DNA of 63,883 nucleotides, filler included, from Phoronis australis (GCA_002633005.1; 7 parts of 7 records of this genome joined end to end with filler, not necessarily neighbours in it), one strand, 5' to 3'. Shown: positions 26,231 to 38,572, numbered from the whole stretch's first letter. Numbers and translations are program-made. The notes: generated from the sequence alone by a model not told the origin.

Positions 26231-28567
26231 GCATGCCATGAAAAATACGCTTACAAGGACGTCGCGCACTTCTAAAGATATGCGGGAATTTCCGTCGCCC
26301 GTCATTCTGAGCGGCTTTTACCGCCGGTGTCTGATACAGTTGTGATGACCGCATTGTCCGGTGCGAGCAAGACCCAATTAAGTGTAATTATCCCCACACT
26401 AAACGGTACTAAACATCTCTGCCTGTACATATTGGCGAATCTTTAAAATCTATTAACCAATAATTTTCATTAAAAACGAACACCAAGGCGGTATAAAGCT
26501 GGAAAAAAGAACCATGTATGGTTTTCGATTTTTAAAAAATCGATGAACTAAGCTAAAAACATTGGGTGCGTACTGATATATTCGTTGGATTTACTAATGC
26601 TGATCAGAGATAACAGTATCACATGCATTATTCTTTTAACATTCTTTCAATCTCGTTTAACCATATTTTTTACTAGGAAACAGTTGTACTTAACTTGTAC
26701 CCACTCTTCAAGCTAGAATAGTTAGTCAGTGCAACCGAAATTGTCCACAGATTCCAAATCTTCAGTTTGACCACCACCATATTGACACTTTTGTATACAT
26801 TTTATGACTTGAGTTCTAATAAATATTTAACTTGAACTAGTAACGTGTAATTTTGTTAACTGTGAAATGTTTAGTGTAGGTGTAATCTGGAAAATTCAAG
26901 GATGGGTTCACACTTAACTAAACTAATTAAGTTTTGCGGGCGATAAAAATCTACCGTCGTTTTGGTACTTCAAGTTTAAAAATAAAATAAAAAATATCAA
27001 CCCGTTCCCGGTAAGAAAAAAAGAAGACGAATATTAAAAATGGCATTAAAAACCGGTATGAAACAGATTTGAAGCCTTCGTTCTCTTAGGAAGTGTCCCT
27101 TTCTCGAGATAAACAAAAATGAACTTTTTTAGTCTTTTTGTAATATTCAAAATGCACCAAGTTAAAACTCTTGGCAAATGCCAGAGAAAAACAATTTGGG
27201 TGTAATAACAATCACCATTGTTGAGACAGTAGTGCTAGCTGTTACTTCTCCACGTCATTAGCTCAGATCTACATCAATACAAAGGGCGTGCTGAATAGGA
27301 ATCATAAAAATTGTCTGGGGCTAAGGTAATCCGAGCGGTGACCAATGTAAGCGAGAAATTCTCCACATGTCGCTCTCAAAAATACCTTTGTTTCTGTGAT
27401 CTCATATCCTCGGACGACCACACCACTTCCCTCGTTCCACTCAGTTTGCGAAAGTCCTTTAACTGTTTGTGGTTGCGTTTTTCTGATTGCGGGAACTGTT
27501 TAGTCAGACCGTTGCACTGTCCTTCCGTTGACTTGTTTTGGCGTTACTTTTCTTGATCTCCATCTATGATATCATTGTTTTCTGTAATCATTTCTGTGAG
27601 GAAACCTTTTCCTCAGGAGAAGTGTTCTGACATTTTTCTACTCATTTTATTGATGACAGAGCCACCAGTAACATATGACGATCTGCACTGATTCTACCTA
27701 CAATTGTGTGTGCTGTCATTGAAACCCACGCGAGCACAGTTCCGTTGAAGCACTTCAATAGTTTCTGTGTTGGCCGGGATAACCCAGCTCAACACAGTGG
27801 GGGGTGCCTAGGACACTTTAAACTAGGCGTGCGTTCAGAAACGCTAGGAACTAGCGAAAATCTAACCAAAGTCACATGTTCTTATTTTAAATACACAGCA
27901 ATATCCCACATAATCTCGCGAAGTCTTGCTTTTTAGCTATGTTCTAGCGTTACTGAACGGGAGGCTGGTTTCACCTAGGAGTAATAAACACATTGGTCCT
28001 AGGTTTCACTGAGCCCGCTGCCTGTTAACAAGAGCTATATGGAGCGTTGGAATGCACCCACGACTGCAGTGCAGTTCCAGCAGTGTTTTAATATCGTACA
28101 TGTAAAATGGCCACTAAACGGCACAAAATACATTGAGCTTATCCAAAGCAAAGGCGTCGTCTTCTGTCTAAGATCAATGTCCGGCAAAATTAAATGAAAA
28201 TCCGCAAGGAACTCTAAAGATAGAGACAGGAGTAACATTTTTGAGAAAAAATCCCATTCGAAGACACAGTAGTGGTCGAATAAGACTACACACGCCAAAT
28301 TGTGAGATTACAAGGGGTTAAGCTGATATAAACACAGATGTCAACAAGAGCAACGCAACAAACACGATGGGGATCGAAATAAAACATAAAAGAAAGAAAC
28401 TGAGGTATTCAAAACTCTATAAAAAATGTTTCCCACGTCCACCAAAGAATTTAACACCAGTAAACCGCAAATACACTTAAAGCTGTAAAAAACCAAGAGT
28501 TATATTGTTAAACGAAACCAATCAGTTTCATAAGGAATTTTCATTGTTAATTTAATTAGTTGTAGCT

Positions 28568-28932
28568 TTTCATTGAATCTCACATTTTCATTGAATCTCA
28601 CATTTTCATTGAATCTCACATTTTCATTGAATCTCACATTTTCATTGAATCTCACATTTACAGCGAATCTCACATTTTCAGTGAATCTCACATTTTCATT
28701 GAATCTCACATTTTCAGTGAATCTCACATTTCCAGTGAATCTCACATTTTTCAGTGAATCTCACATTTTTCAGTGAATCTGACATTTTCAGTGAATCTGA
28801 CATTTTCAGTGAATCTGACATTTTCAGTGAATCTGACATTTTCATTGAATCTGACATTTTCATTGAATCTGACATTTTCAGTGAATCTCAAATTTTCAGT
28901 GAATCTCACATTTTCAGTGAATCTCACATTTT
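28568..28932. repeat. Minisatellite, 18-bp unit TGAATCTCACATTTTCA(T/G)
   Basis: About 20 tandem copies; source of the spurious ENVRF/NLTFS ORFs. Confidence 0.95.
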
Positions 28933-29449
28933 TCCAAACGTGGCTTAGGAGGATATAACAGCTCGGTGGACACCATTTTTTTTGCAAATTTGTCAGATTG
29001 ACAAAAATATAAATTTTTCAAAACTTTCAACAATAAATCAAAATTGTCCGACCCCCTCAACCATTTCATGAAAGTCTTCAGGTAGCTCTCTTTATTGCTA
29101 TCATGCTTCTGAATAAATTCCTAAGTAAATAAATTTCTAAGTAACCGTTTTATGTTACTCTCTGATAAGATCTTTCACAGTTGCCACATCAATACTTTAT
29201 GTACCAAATTATATCAAAACCCATACACAGTCAGTCTTTGAAAATGATTGTTTTGGGCTGAAATCCTAGTTTTTTATTAAGGCATGTAAGGTGATAGTTT
29301 TCATGCAACTAGATACGGTAAAATCATGGACGAAAGGGAGTGCGATGATTGTTCAAGATTCCCCACTGCTAAATTGATTTATTCCACTTTGCTATTTTGG
29401 CTTGACCTAAAAACCGCTGCCATGGTGGTTGCGTATATGTTTGCAGACT

Positions 29450-29907
29450 GGTTTGGTATTGTAGTTTGGCGTTGTAGTTTGGCGTTGTAGTTTGGTGTTG
29501 TAGTTTGGTGTTGTAGTAGTGGTGTTGTAGTTTGGTATTGTAGTTTGGTGTTGTAGTTTGGTATTGTAGTTTAGTATTGTAGTTTGGTGTTGTAGTTTGG
29601 TGTTGTAGTTTAGTGTTGTAGTTTGGTATTGTAGTTTGGTATTGTAGTTTGGTATTGTAATTTGGTGTTGTAGTTTGGTATTTTAGTTTGGTGTTGTAGT
29701 TTGGTATTGTTGTAGTTTGGTATTGTAGTTTGGTATTGTAGTTTGGCAATGTAGTTTGGTATTGTAGTTTGGTATTTTAGTTTGGCATTGTAGTTTGGTA
29801 TTGCTGTAGTTTGGTATTGTAGTTTGGCAATGTAGTTTGGCATTGTAGTTTGGTATTGTAGTTTGGCATTGTAGTTTGGTATTGTTGTAGTTTGGTATTG
29901 TAGTTTC
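29450..29907. repeat. Minisatellite, 15-bp-class unit TTGTAGTTTGGT(A/G)
   Basis: Long tandem array with variants. Confidence 0.93.
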
Positions 29908-30615
29908 ACATCAATTTTGTTTTTTTTTTGTGATGGGTAACATTTTCTTTCAAATAAATGGCATAGGTCCATTTAATAATTTTGACATCTTATAGACATT
30001 GTTTCTGCAATTTTCTTAAACAAAAAGTGCATCTCCACTTTTTAATGAAACTTTCAAACAACAGATAAACTTTTTCGGGGGAACAAAAGAAGATTTTAGT
30101 ATTTCAGGAATCTCAAAGTTCTTCTTTTACAAAACAAAGTGGTAAGGAATTAGAATAATCGACTCTGTGGAGAAATGACAAATTAATTTTTTTCTGACTT
30201 GGATATCCCACTCTCTTACAACCTGCATGATCACCATCAGCATTTGTCATGCTATGTTAAAATACAATGTCATTTCCAGTGCAGAGAACACAGAAACATC
30301 TGTACCCCAACTTGGTGTACTACATGTGAGTTTTGTTGAAAAGCCTCAATATTGAAGCTGCATAAATGGTTGGTTTGGTGACAAAATGTAAAACAATTTA
30401 TTCTCCAAGGCAGTTTTTCAAGGCACTGCAAAACAAACTATGGGGATTCCTGAAATAAGAAAAAAGACCTTTATCTCCAAGTAAAACCCTTTCCTAGTAT
30501 TCATATGGTAAACTATTTTGGTGAACATTTTTAGGACACCCTGTATTTCACAAAAAATAACTCGACATAGTAACACATTTTCAATGATATGGTGAACAGT
30601 TACAACCACCAGGCA

Positions 30616-32112
30616 TTAGCCAGTTGTGTGGAGTTTCATGTGAACAGTTAAATCATAACCTTCTGCAAATGTCTGGTCACAAATGTCACATCTGTATGCC
30701 CGCTCAGTGCTGTGTTCAGCTCTGACATGCCTAGCCAGGCCATGGGCCCAGCCGTATGCCTTGTCACAGGAATCACATTTAAATGGTTTCTCTTTTGTGT
30801 GCTTCACGCGGTGCCTCTCCAAAAGGTGCTTTTCTCTGAAACCTTTCCCACAAACGTTGCACGTGACCAGAAATTTGTTGTCATGTATAAGCAGATGTCT
30901 GACCAATGATGCTTTGCCACTTAACGATTTGCCACAAATCCGACATTCACACACTAGCGAGGACCTGTGGTTCTTCTTCGTGTGAAGTTTCAGCTCCAAA
31001 CACTGATTGAACATCATTCCACATAATACACACTGAAATGATTTTTCATTGTGAACATTCTTATGCAACTCAACACACTTGCGTTGTTTGAATTCTTTGC
31101 CACAAATGTTACAGGCATGCTTGCTTTTGTGTAACTTTCTATGTTTCACAAGGTTTACCTCATCAACAAACCCTACATCACAGATAGAACAATTGTTTAT
31201 CTTTATACCTTTGTGTGATTCTGATAGATGTTTATTCAACTGTTGAATACTTGAAAATGCTGACTCACAGTCATCACACTTAAATTCCAACTCCTTGCAT
31301 GGTGCTAGATTGTCACCAATGTCAACATTCCCAATTGTAGTATCAAGATGAGATGGTTGTGGGTGTGCTGCTCTTAAATGTCGCTCTGCATGATGCTGCC
31401 GCGTAAAGAGCTGACAGCATACAGGGCATTGGTATGGCTTCTTTCCGACATGTCCCTGTTCATGAGTGTTCAAATCTCTTTTCTCAAGAAACCCTTTGCC
31501 ACAGTGGCTGCACATATACGTGAAGTCTCCTGTGTGAAGTCTTTTATGTCTCAAAAGGTGACACTTATTTAAAAATTCCTTACCACAAGTAGAGCATTGA
31601 TGCAATTCTGAACGATAATGAGCCTTTTTGATGTGGTTCGTCATTGATTTCTTAGAGCAGAATTTCAAATGACAAACCTGACAACGGAAATGGTACAAAA
31701 CGCCAGAGGTGTAACCTGATTCATCACCGGCAATGTTAGCCGGAGATACTGATACTTTGTCACACTCCAAATTGTTTGCTATCAGTTTTGATCCTTCTTC
31801 TTCTGGCCGCGACTGGCCACAAGACGTACAAACCTCCCGAGTCATATTAGGTATGCTTAAGTTATCATCAATAGTGTCGATACGAAACTGCACTCCACAA
31901 ATTGTACAATACTTTACAAATACAGGACAAGTCGATGGACCGCTGTCTAAATTCTCCTGTTTCACTAACACCGAGTCCAGACTATCTTTCCCTTGAAACT
32001 CCGCCTTCTCATCATTTTCTTCGATTTCAACCTTTATTTTCACACTGTTCTCGACGAAACCCCGTTGAACCTCAGCGAACGACCGAGCCTGTACAACTCT
32101 ATCGTTGTCCAT
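30616..32112 (-). CDS. C2H2 zinc-finger protein (12 fingers, ~498 aa), single coding exon
   Basis: Intact ORF with 12 C-x2-C...H-x3/4-H fingers in blocks of 4 and 8, and TGEKP-like linkers (HTKEKPF, HVGKKPY). First in-frame ATG (MDNDR) at 32112, with in-frame stops upstream. Splice acceptor at 32221-32222. Confidence 0.93.
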   Translation of the reverse strand: MDNDRVVQARSFAEVQRGFVENSVKIKVEIEENDEKAEFQGKDSLDSVLVKQENLDSGPSTCPVFVKYCTICGVQFRIDTIDDNLSIPNMTREVCTSCGQSRPEEEGSKLIANNLECDKVSVSPANIAGDESGYTSGVLYHFRCQVCHLKFCSKKSMTNHIKKAHYRSELHQCSTCGKEFLNKCHLLRHKRLHTGDFTYMCSHCGKGFLEKRDLNTHEQGHVGKKPYQCPVCCQLFTRQHHAERHLRAAHPQPSHLDTTIGNVDIGDNLAPCKELEFKCDDCESAFSSIQQLNKHLSESHKGIKINNCSICDVGFVDEVNLVKHRKLHKSKHACNICGKEFKQRKCVELHKNVHNEKSFQCVLCGMMFNQCLELKLHTKKNHRSSLVCECRICGKSLSGKASLVRHLLIHDNKFLVTCNVCGKGFREKHLLERHRVKHTKEKPFKCDSCDKAYGWAHGLARHVRAEHSTERAYRCDICDQTFAEGYDLTVHMKLHTTG

Positions 32113-32380
32113 GACAATAATATTGAGAGCTGAATGAACTGTACAAGGCAATGTTTCAGGATGTCATCAGCGTTTGCATGACGAAGGTCAAATTCATTGC
32201 TCAGAATGTCACGCTTGCATCTAAAAATGAAAATACAAGTTTACATTAAATGCCTTTGTATTTTCTCTAACTCCAAGACATAAGTTTACACTAAATGCCT
32301 TTGTATTTTCTCTAACTCCAAGACATAAGTTCATGTATGCTCTGAAAACCTTCATAAAGAAAATTAATATTTCCTCAACA

Positions 32381-32660
32381 TACCGTAATCGTTCGGGTTA
32401 ACGCCCTGGGCGGTTAAATTGGCAAACCCAAAAAATCGGGGGTGGGCGGTTAACCAGACATGGGCGCTTAAACGTGAAATTTCAAGAAATCCAGGGTGGG
32501 CGGTTAACCGAACATGGGCGCTTATTACGACAGGCAACCGCCCTGGGCGGTTAATCTTACCTCGCACTCGGAACGCGTAGTACTTTTCAAAGAGCGTTAT
32601 CGTCACGTCGCCACATGACGAGAAAAATGTCATAACAGCGGATGATCCCAACAAAGATTC
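32381..32660. mobile_element. Left end of a TACCGTA-type (Tc1/mariner-like) MITE
   Basis: TACCGTAATCGTTCGGGTTAACGCCCTGGGCGG terminus with repeated GGGCGGTTAA subterminal motifs; partner end not seen. Confidence 0.5.
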
Positions 32661-33629
32661 TCTTGCCCTCAGATTAGTTATTCACTGTTAAATTTACAGA
32701 ATTACTGAGTAATAGNTTGAAGATTTATATAAAGCCTTTGAACACACTCACAATCACTGTAGTTGAAGCAGCAATAAGCTCACATTCCATCACAAAGCAG
32801 TTTTGATTTGATCACTTACAGATATGAAATAGGTCTCAAATTGTTCCTTAAATGAAATAAATGTGATTTCTGGGCTAGAAAATTTTACTGCAAGAATAAA
32901 ACCATTTTTAGGATCGAAAAGAATGAAATTTATTGCCAATCAAGTGCAAACTGGTTGGGCTATCTGGTTTCATGTTCAGTGTACTTTCATTAAAAAGTTA
33001 TTGACAGCTGCCAGCGATAACTGTCAGTTGTCAAATTACCCATGATGCATGAGGACCACCAACAATGCTCTAAAGAGTAATTGGTGCCCGCACCATTACA
33101 TGTTTAGTAAGTTTACCATGGTGTGCAGTAAGCAGCAAAATGCTGTCCAATACTTAAGTTATCCGAAGACTGTGTTCTTAAAAGTCAGAAAAAAAACATA
33201 GCTTTCGGTTACAAGATCAAAGTAATTCCATAAAGGAAAGTCACTATTTAAGTAAAAGAAATTACAACAAACCAAAGAAATATGGAAAATGTGCCAAAAC
33301 GTCTCATATAATGTCTACAGTACAGTAATGGCATCTACAGCCATGTATTGCCTGTCACACTCGCAGGCCAGAGACCAGCAGAGATAGAGTTGCTGCTTTT
33401 ACCCTCGTCTTGGGTATCTCGATGTTCGATTGTATTGATGGACGATCAGACACGTAACCATGGTAACCCGTCCATACAAGTAACCATTCACAGGGTGGAC
33501 CCAGGTAGAGTACAGTAACGGTAGGACTTCGCTAGTAAAATTTACAAGAGCCTCAACGCGGAGTGTTGAAATGCGCCCACGAATGCACCACAAACAGTGT
33601 GCTCTAAGGGTTGTTTATTTGTATCATAA

Positions 33630-34260
33630 CAATGGCCACCAGATGGCGCAAACTATGTCTAATAGATCCGAAATCGGAAACATGCCATCGTTTCTTTAAT
33701 AGCTGTTTCACAAATTTCAGAAAAATCTATTAAGAAAACAAAGGAAAACGGAATAAAAATGAAATTGCCACTTGTCGGACACACAGCGTTCATTGGATCC
33801 ATCTAAAAGTCTCTGACGTCTGCTCTCAACTTCATATAAATACACTTACTACAGTGAGTTTAGGATATACAGCTTTGGGCGCAAAACAAAACTGCCACTA
33901 GTAGTCGAAGTCATCACTGTAGACCATATATGCCAATTTTCAAAATCATCCTTAGAATGGTTTGGTTGAAAGAGGGGCAGACAAAATTGCCATTAGGAGA
34001 CGCCACAGTAGTTGAGGTCGGAGAATCATAGTCACCTGTCCTCTTCACATTAGAAACATACGTGCCAATTTTCGAAATCATCCTTGGAATGGTTTGGTTG
34101 ACACAGGACACTCATGTCGTCCCATCCATAAAAAGAACACATGCGCAAAATTTCATGAACATATTCATCAACCGGTTTTGAAGATAGAGATGCTGGATGA
34201 AAGCCGGACAGACTTGGATGTCGGCATAATGCATCCACAATATGTGGACGCATAAAAATG
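33630..34260 (+). repeat. Helentron/HINE-like repeat, second copy
   Basis: AAATTGCCA and GTGCCAATTTTC subunits, ending CCACAATATGTGGACGCATAAAAA as at 18900. Confidence 0.55.
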
Positions 34261-35476
34261 AGAATGTGATTTTGGGTAAATTTATTTTTAGCGAGGTCCT
34301 TTAGCAGATTTAGACGGGGGGGTGGAATCCTAGTTAATACTCTCCCGTGGCCCCCCTAGCTGTACATCCTGGATCCGCCCCTGGGCTAGTCTATGCACAG
34401 GCGCTTGGGTTTATCGCAAATGACGTCACTCAATAATATATATAAGAAAACATAAAGGTTGGACACTCGAAATCTGTTTGCTCAGAATTTTCTACTCAAA
34501 TGTGCATGGAACTCCACGAAACTAGCATCGGACAACTCTTAGAATACCTTCTTTCATTTGATCTCTTCAAATTGCCTTCGAGTGGTGATTTGGCGACAAA
34601 AATGCCAAAAGAATGCCAAAATCACAAATTCAAGGACCTGATTCCGTGATGTCATGGCAGACGGTCTTCGCACATCCGGGTTTTGACCGACGCTCCCGAG
34701 CTAAATCCGAAAGTCTAATTTCGCACGGCTTTCGCCGTCACTCCATCGACTACTTGATCATGAGAAGCAGAGAGCACTTTATTGCCAAATAAATGTAATT
34801 ACTCACATATTNNNNNNNNNNNNNNNNNNNNNNNNNNNNNNNNNNNNNNNNNNNNNNNNNNNNNNNNNNNNNNNNNNNNNNNNNNNNNNNNNNNNNNNNN
34901 NNNNNNNNNNNNNNNNNNNNNNNNNNNNNNNNNNNNNNNNNNNNNNNNNNNNNNNNNNNNNNNNNNNNNNNNNNNNNNNNNNNNNNNNNNNNNNNNNNNN
35001 NNNNNNNNNNNNNNNNNNNNNNNNNNNNNNNNNNNNNNNNNNNNNNNNNNNNNNNNNNNNNNNNNNNNNNNNNNNNNNNNNNNNNNNNNNNNNNNNNNNN
35101 NNNNNNNNNNNNNNNNNNNNNNNNNNNNNNNNNNNNNNNNNNNNNNNNNNNNNNNNNNNNNNNNNNNNNNNNNNNNNNNNNNNNNNNNNNNNNNNNNNNN
35201 NNNNNNNNNNNNNNNNNNNNNNNNNNNNNNNNNNNNNNNNNNNNNNNNNNNNNNNNNNNNNNNNNNNNNNNNNNNNNNNNNNNNNNNNNNNNNNNNNNNN
35301 NNNNNNNNNNNNNNNNNNNNNNNNNNNNNNNNNNNNNNNNNNNNNNNNNNNNNNNNNNNNNNNNNNNNNNNNNNNNNNNNNNNNNNNNNNNNNNNNNNNN
35401 NNNNNNNNNNNNNNNNNNNNNNNNNNNNNNNNNNNNNNNNNNNNNNNNNNNNNNNNNNNNNNNNNNNNNNNNNNNN

Positions 35477-36097
35477 GCGAGGCTTCTCGCTTCAAAAACG
35501 CACTTCTCGGGGTTGGCGACGGGGCACTGCCAGGAATCAACAGCGACGGTATGGTACCCTTTTTCAGGCGTTGTTTTGCAGGGACCTTCATCAATTCAGC
35601 GTACATATCTCTGTCGTAATCTGACGGCAGAAAATGCTTGCCACACACTCGGTAACCCTCCACTGCTTTGTACGTTGCGTGGACGGGTAGCGCTGCGTTC
35701 TTCACATGAACGAGCTAGCCAAGTACGGCGAAGTGTGTCATCCTTCGGAAAGCGACGCAAGATACCCAGGCAAAGCGCGTGTGAGACGATAATGAGTAAA
35801 TCCCGGCACGCAGCAACAGCGTGGCATGTTGACTGACTTGTAAACAAAAGCAAACAACGATCGAACTTATCACAACTGAGTTAGAACAATGACTGACTCG
35901 ACAGCGCTCACAGTCCGACTATAATGAAAAGAAATTGACGCGAAACTCTTGCCTCCCACAACGTCGCTTCCGTAGTAGAGGATGAGAAATTAATCAAATT
36001 ACGAAAAGCTGTAATTAAGTGAAAAATGTGTCTGGGATAATCAACGAACCTTGTTTTTGCTAAAAGTGACACGAAAAAAGGTTGCCGTCCCCTTTAA
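35477..36097 (-). mobile_element. THAP-domain DNA-transposon remnant (Kolobok-like end), frameshifted
   Basis: MPRCCCVPG (ATG 35827), RRFPKDDTLRRTW, RVCGKHFLPSDY, RLKKGTIPSL across frames form a C2CH THAP signature. TTAA-AGGGG terminus near 36097. The rest is lost in the gap. Confidence 0.75.
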
Positions 36098-36351
36098 CGT
36101 CATTCAGAGAACAGATTAACATTAGCCAGTTGGGCTATTACTACGACATTAAATTTAACAGAAAACAGGAAGAAAATGGAACTTAAGCTAGAGGTGGAGA
36201 ATAACACAGAGATATAATTGTAAATAAAAGAAAAGTTGTCGTAATCGCTAAACTATATACTAGCTAAGGTCAAATGAGCATAAACGATACTAGTGGGTAC
36301 ACGTGTAAATGCTATAATCTAGATAAATCATAAGAGAAACGAGTGTATACA

Positions 36352-36600
36352 CTAATTACAGCATAGCCTGGAGTGTTTACAAAGAGAACAGCTGCATTTA
36401 GGGCCAGTCCAGGTCCGAATCAGTCCACGGAAAATGGTGAAAGACTCTGTTGTGCGTAGCAGATTCGGTACACTGTTCCAGACCCGAGCAGCCTCAAAGC
36501 GAAAAGATTGTTTTCCATATTTAACAGATTTAACTTGAGGAAAAGCTAGAAGGCTGCTGTAGCGAATGGAGTAATTGTTTTCTTGCTTCTTTACCGCAGG
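36352..36600 (-). mobile_element. 3' end of CR1/L2-group LINE ORF2 (5'-truncated)
   Basis: PQVKSVKYGKQSFRFEAARVWNSVP...FRGLIRTWTGPKCSCSLC is typical of the C-terminus of CR1/L2-group elements. Confidence 0.75.
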
Positions 36601-36708
36601 CATTCAGGGGCGATAGTACATCCCCACAAAAAGTTACGAATTTCGAAATACAGGAAATAAAATCAAATGAAACCTGCATATGTGCACATGGAGTTAAAAA
36701 ATAAATAC

Positions 36709-37080
36709 CATAAGTCTTGAGACGATTTAGTCAAGATAACTTGAACATATTGATGAAAAACTGTCGCGGTTTGCTCGAGCTGACTTTGGCAAAGAATTCC
36801 AACTCCACTTTTTTGGTCACTGTTAACTTTTTCACCACACGCACAGTAATCACAAAGTATTTCAATTGAGTCACGTGAGTTAGGCAAAGGCTAGTGTGAC
36901 ACTAAGCGAAGCGTGTGACGCTGGCGCGAGACACTTGCAAAATAGCATGAGAAGGATCCGGTGAAATTTGTAAGAGTTGTGTCTCTTGGACTTTTTATTT
37001 GTCAACATGCGTGATTTCATGTAACTTCCTCAAAATGGCACCCGGTAAGAGAAACTCGAGCAAACCGCAACAGATTTTTA
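36709..37080. promoter_or_regulatory. Probable bidirectional promoter between the zinc-finger gene (-) and PGK (+)
   Basis: CpG-enriched. Overlapping TGAGTCA (36867-36873) and TCACGTGA E-box (36871-36878). Candidate donors face outwards: minus at 36708, plus at 37045. Confidence 0.55.
37035..37044 (+). CDS. PGK: Probable PGK first coding micro-exon (MAP)
   Basis: CAAAATGGCACCCG|gtaaga: good Kozak context and donor upstream of PGK exons. The expected next exon (NKL...KRVLIR-like) was not found. Confidence 0.5.
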
Positions 37081-38028
37081 TCAATTTGTGCGGCACCTAT
37101 TGGCCATGTCAATTATGTTTGTGTCTGCCTATTTGCCGTCTGCTTATGTATCCACCAAACCACTCAAAGGATCATTATGAAAATTAGATGTGTTCCTACT
37201 GATGTGAGCACGACTTGGCGTGGATTTCAGATGGTTCCAATGTAACTGTGGTGCCCCCTAGTGACATTTTAGTATCTGCGGCTATATTTACTAAACCCCT
37301 TGCAAGATCCCAATTTGTCAAGTTTATTTCTATCAACTTGACAACAATTTGATGAATTCGACTACCGCTGTGCCTTCTACTGTCAGTTTGTTTCTACACA
37401 TACTTCAGTGACTACCGCTGTGCCTTCTACTGTCAGTTTGTTTTTACACCTACTTCAGTCTCTATCTTTGGAATTCCTTGGTAGATTTCTATGAAATTTG
37501 ATAAATAGCTTTGAAATACGGAATTGTTGAAGCTTCCCAATTTCGGACGTGTTTGATATATTTTTCGCCGTCTAATGGCCATTTTTATGATACTAAAACA
37601 CCATTAGAATCACTCCATTTTCGTTGTAGCCGTTGGCTCATTGGTGTCATGCTTATTTAAATAAACAACTTCCTTTTTATTTATTCTTAATTTAAAGTTT
37701 ATCGTCTCAATGTAATTTGTAATAATTTACTGTGAAACACTCATAATATTAAACTGTTGTAAACATGTTAAACTGAAAGTGTTTAAAAATCTGTAGCAGT
37801 TGAGCATGTTACTGCTTCTTATTAGTTTATTGACTATATCATTGAGAACTCAATTTGAAACTAATTGTCTAACGCAATTAGGAAAGTTGCTAGTCTGTGA
37901 AACTTACTGAATGCCAGTGAGATCTACGAGTATCAGTACTGTCACTGCCAGGTGGCCACCGAGACTGGTTCAATAGTGGATTCAACACACTGACATGTTA
38001 TGCAGTGAATGACTAAATCTCGTTATAG

Positions 38029-38232
38029 AGTTGACTTCAATGTGCCACTGAAAGGTGCTGAAGTGACCAACACTCAACGAATTGTTGGAGCCCTTCCTAC
38101 GATCAAACACATGTTGGATAATGGTGCCAAATGTGTGGTGTTGATGAGTCACCTAGGAAGGCCAGATGGACGACGACAGGACAAGTTCTCCATGGCCCCC
38201 GTGGCTCCTGTTGTGCAGAAGTTACTGGGAAG
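38029..38232 (+). CDS. PGK: Phosphoglycerate kinase exon (RVDFNVP...[10 protein letters not shown]...LLG), copy 1
   Basis: PGK signature RVDFNVP and SHLGRP; tag| acceptor and |gtacat donor; 204 nt, phase 2-2. Confidence 0.93.
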
Positions 38233-38412
38233 GTACATGATTGTATCTTACTATTATTATTATTATTATTNACTAAAACATCATTAGAATCACTCCATTT
38301 TTGTTGTAGCCGTGGGCTCATTGTTGATATGCATATTTAAATAAAACAACTTCCTTTTTATTTATTCCTAATTTAAAGTTGATCCTCTCAATGTAACTTG
38401 TAATAATTTACT

Positions 38413-38572
38413 GTGAAACACTCATAATGTGAAACACTCATAATGTGAAACACTCATAATGTGAAACACTCATAATGTGAAACACTCATAATGTGAAACA
38501 CTCATAATGTGAAACACTCATAATGTGAAACACTCATAATGTGAAACACTCATAATGTGAAACACTCATAAT
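38413..38572. repeat. 16-bp minisatellite GTGAAACACTCATAAT x10
   Basis: Expanded only in the second copy of the duplicated block; a single unit is present at ~37732. Confidence 0.92.

Noticed and set aside
28500-29972. Repetitive ORFs (ENVRF, NLTFS, PNYNTKLQYQTT)
   Set aside because: Translations of minisatellites that are open in several frames on both strands; no splice or start support.
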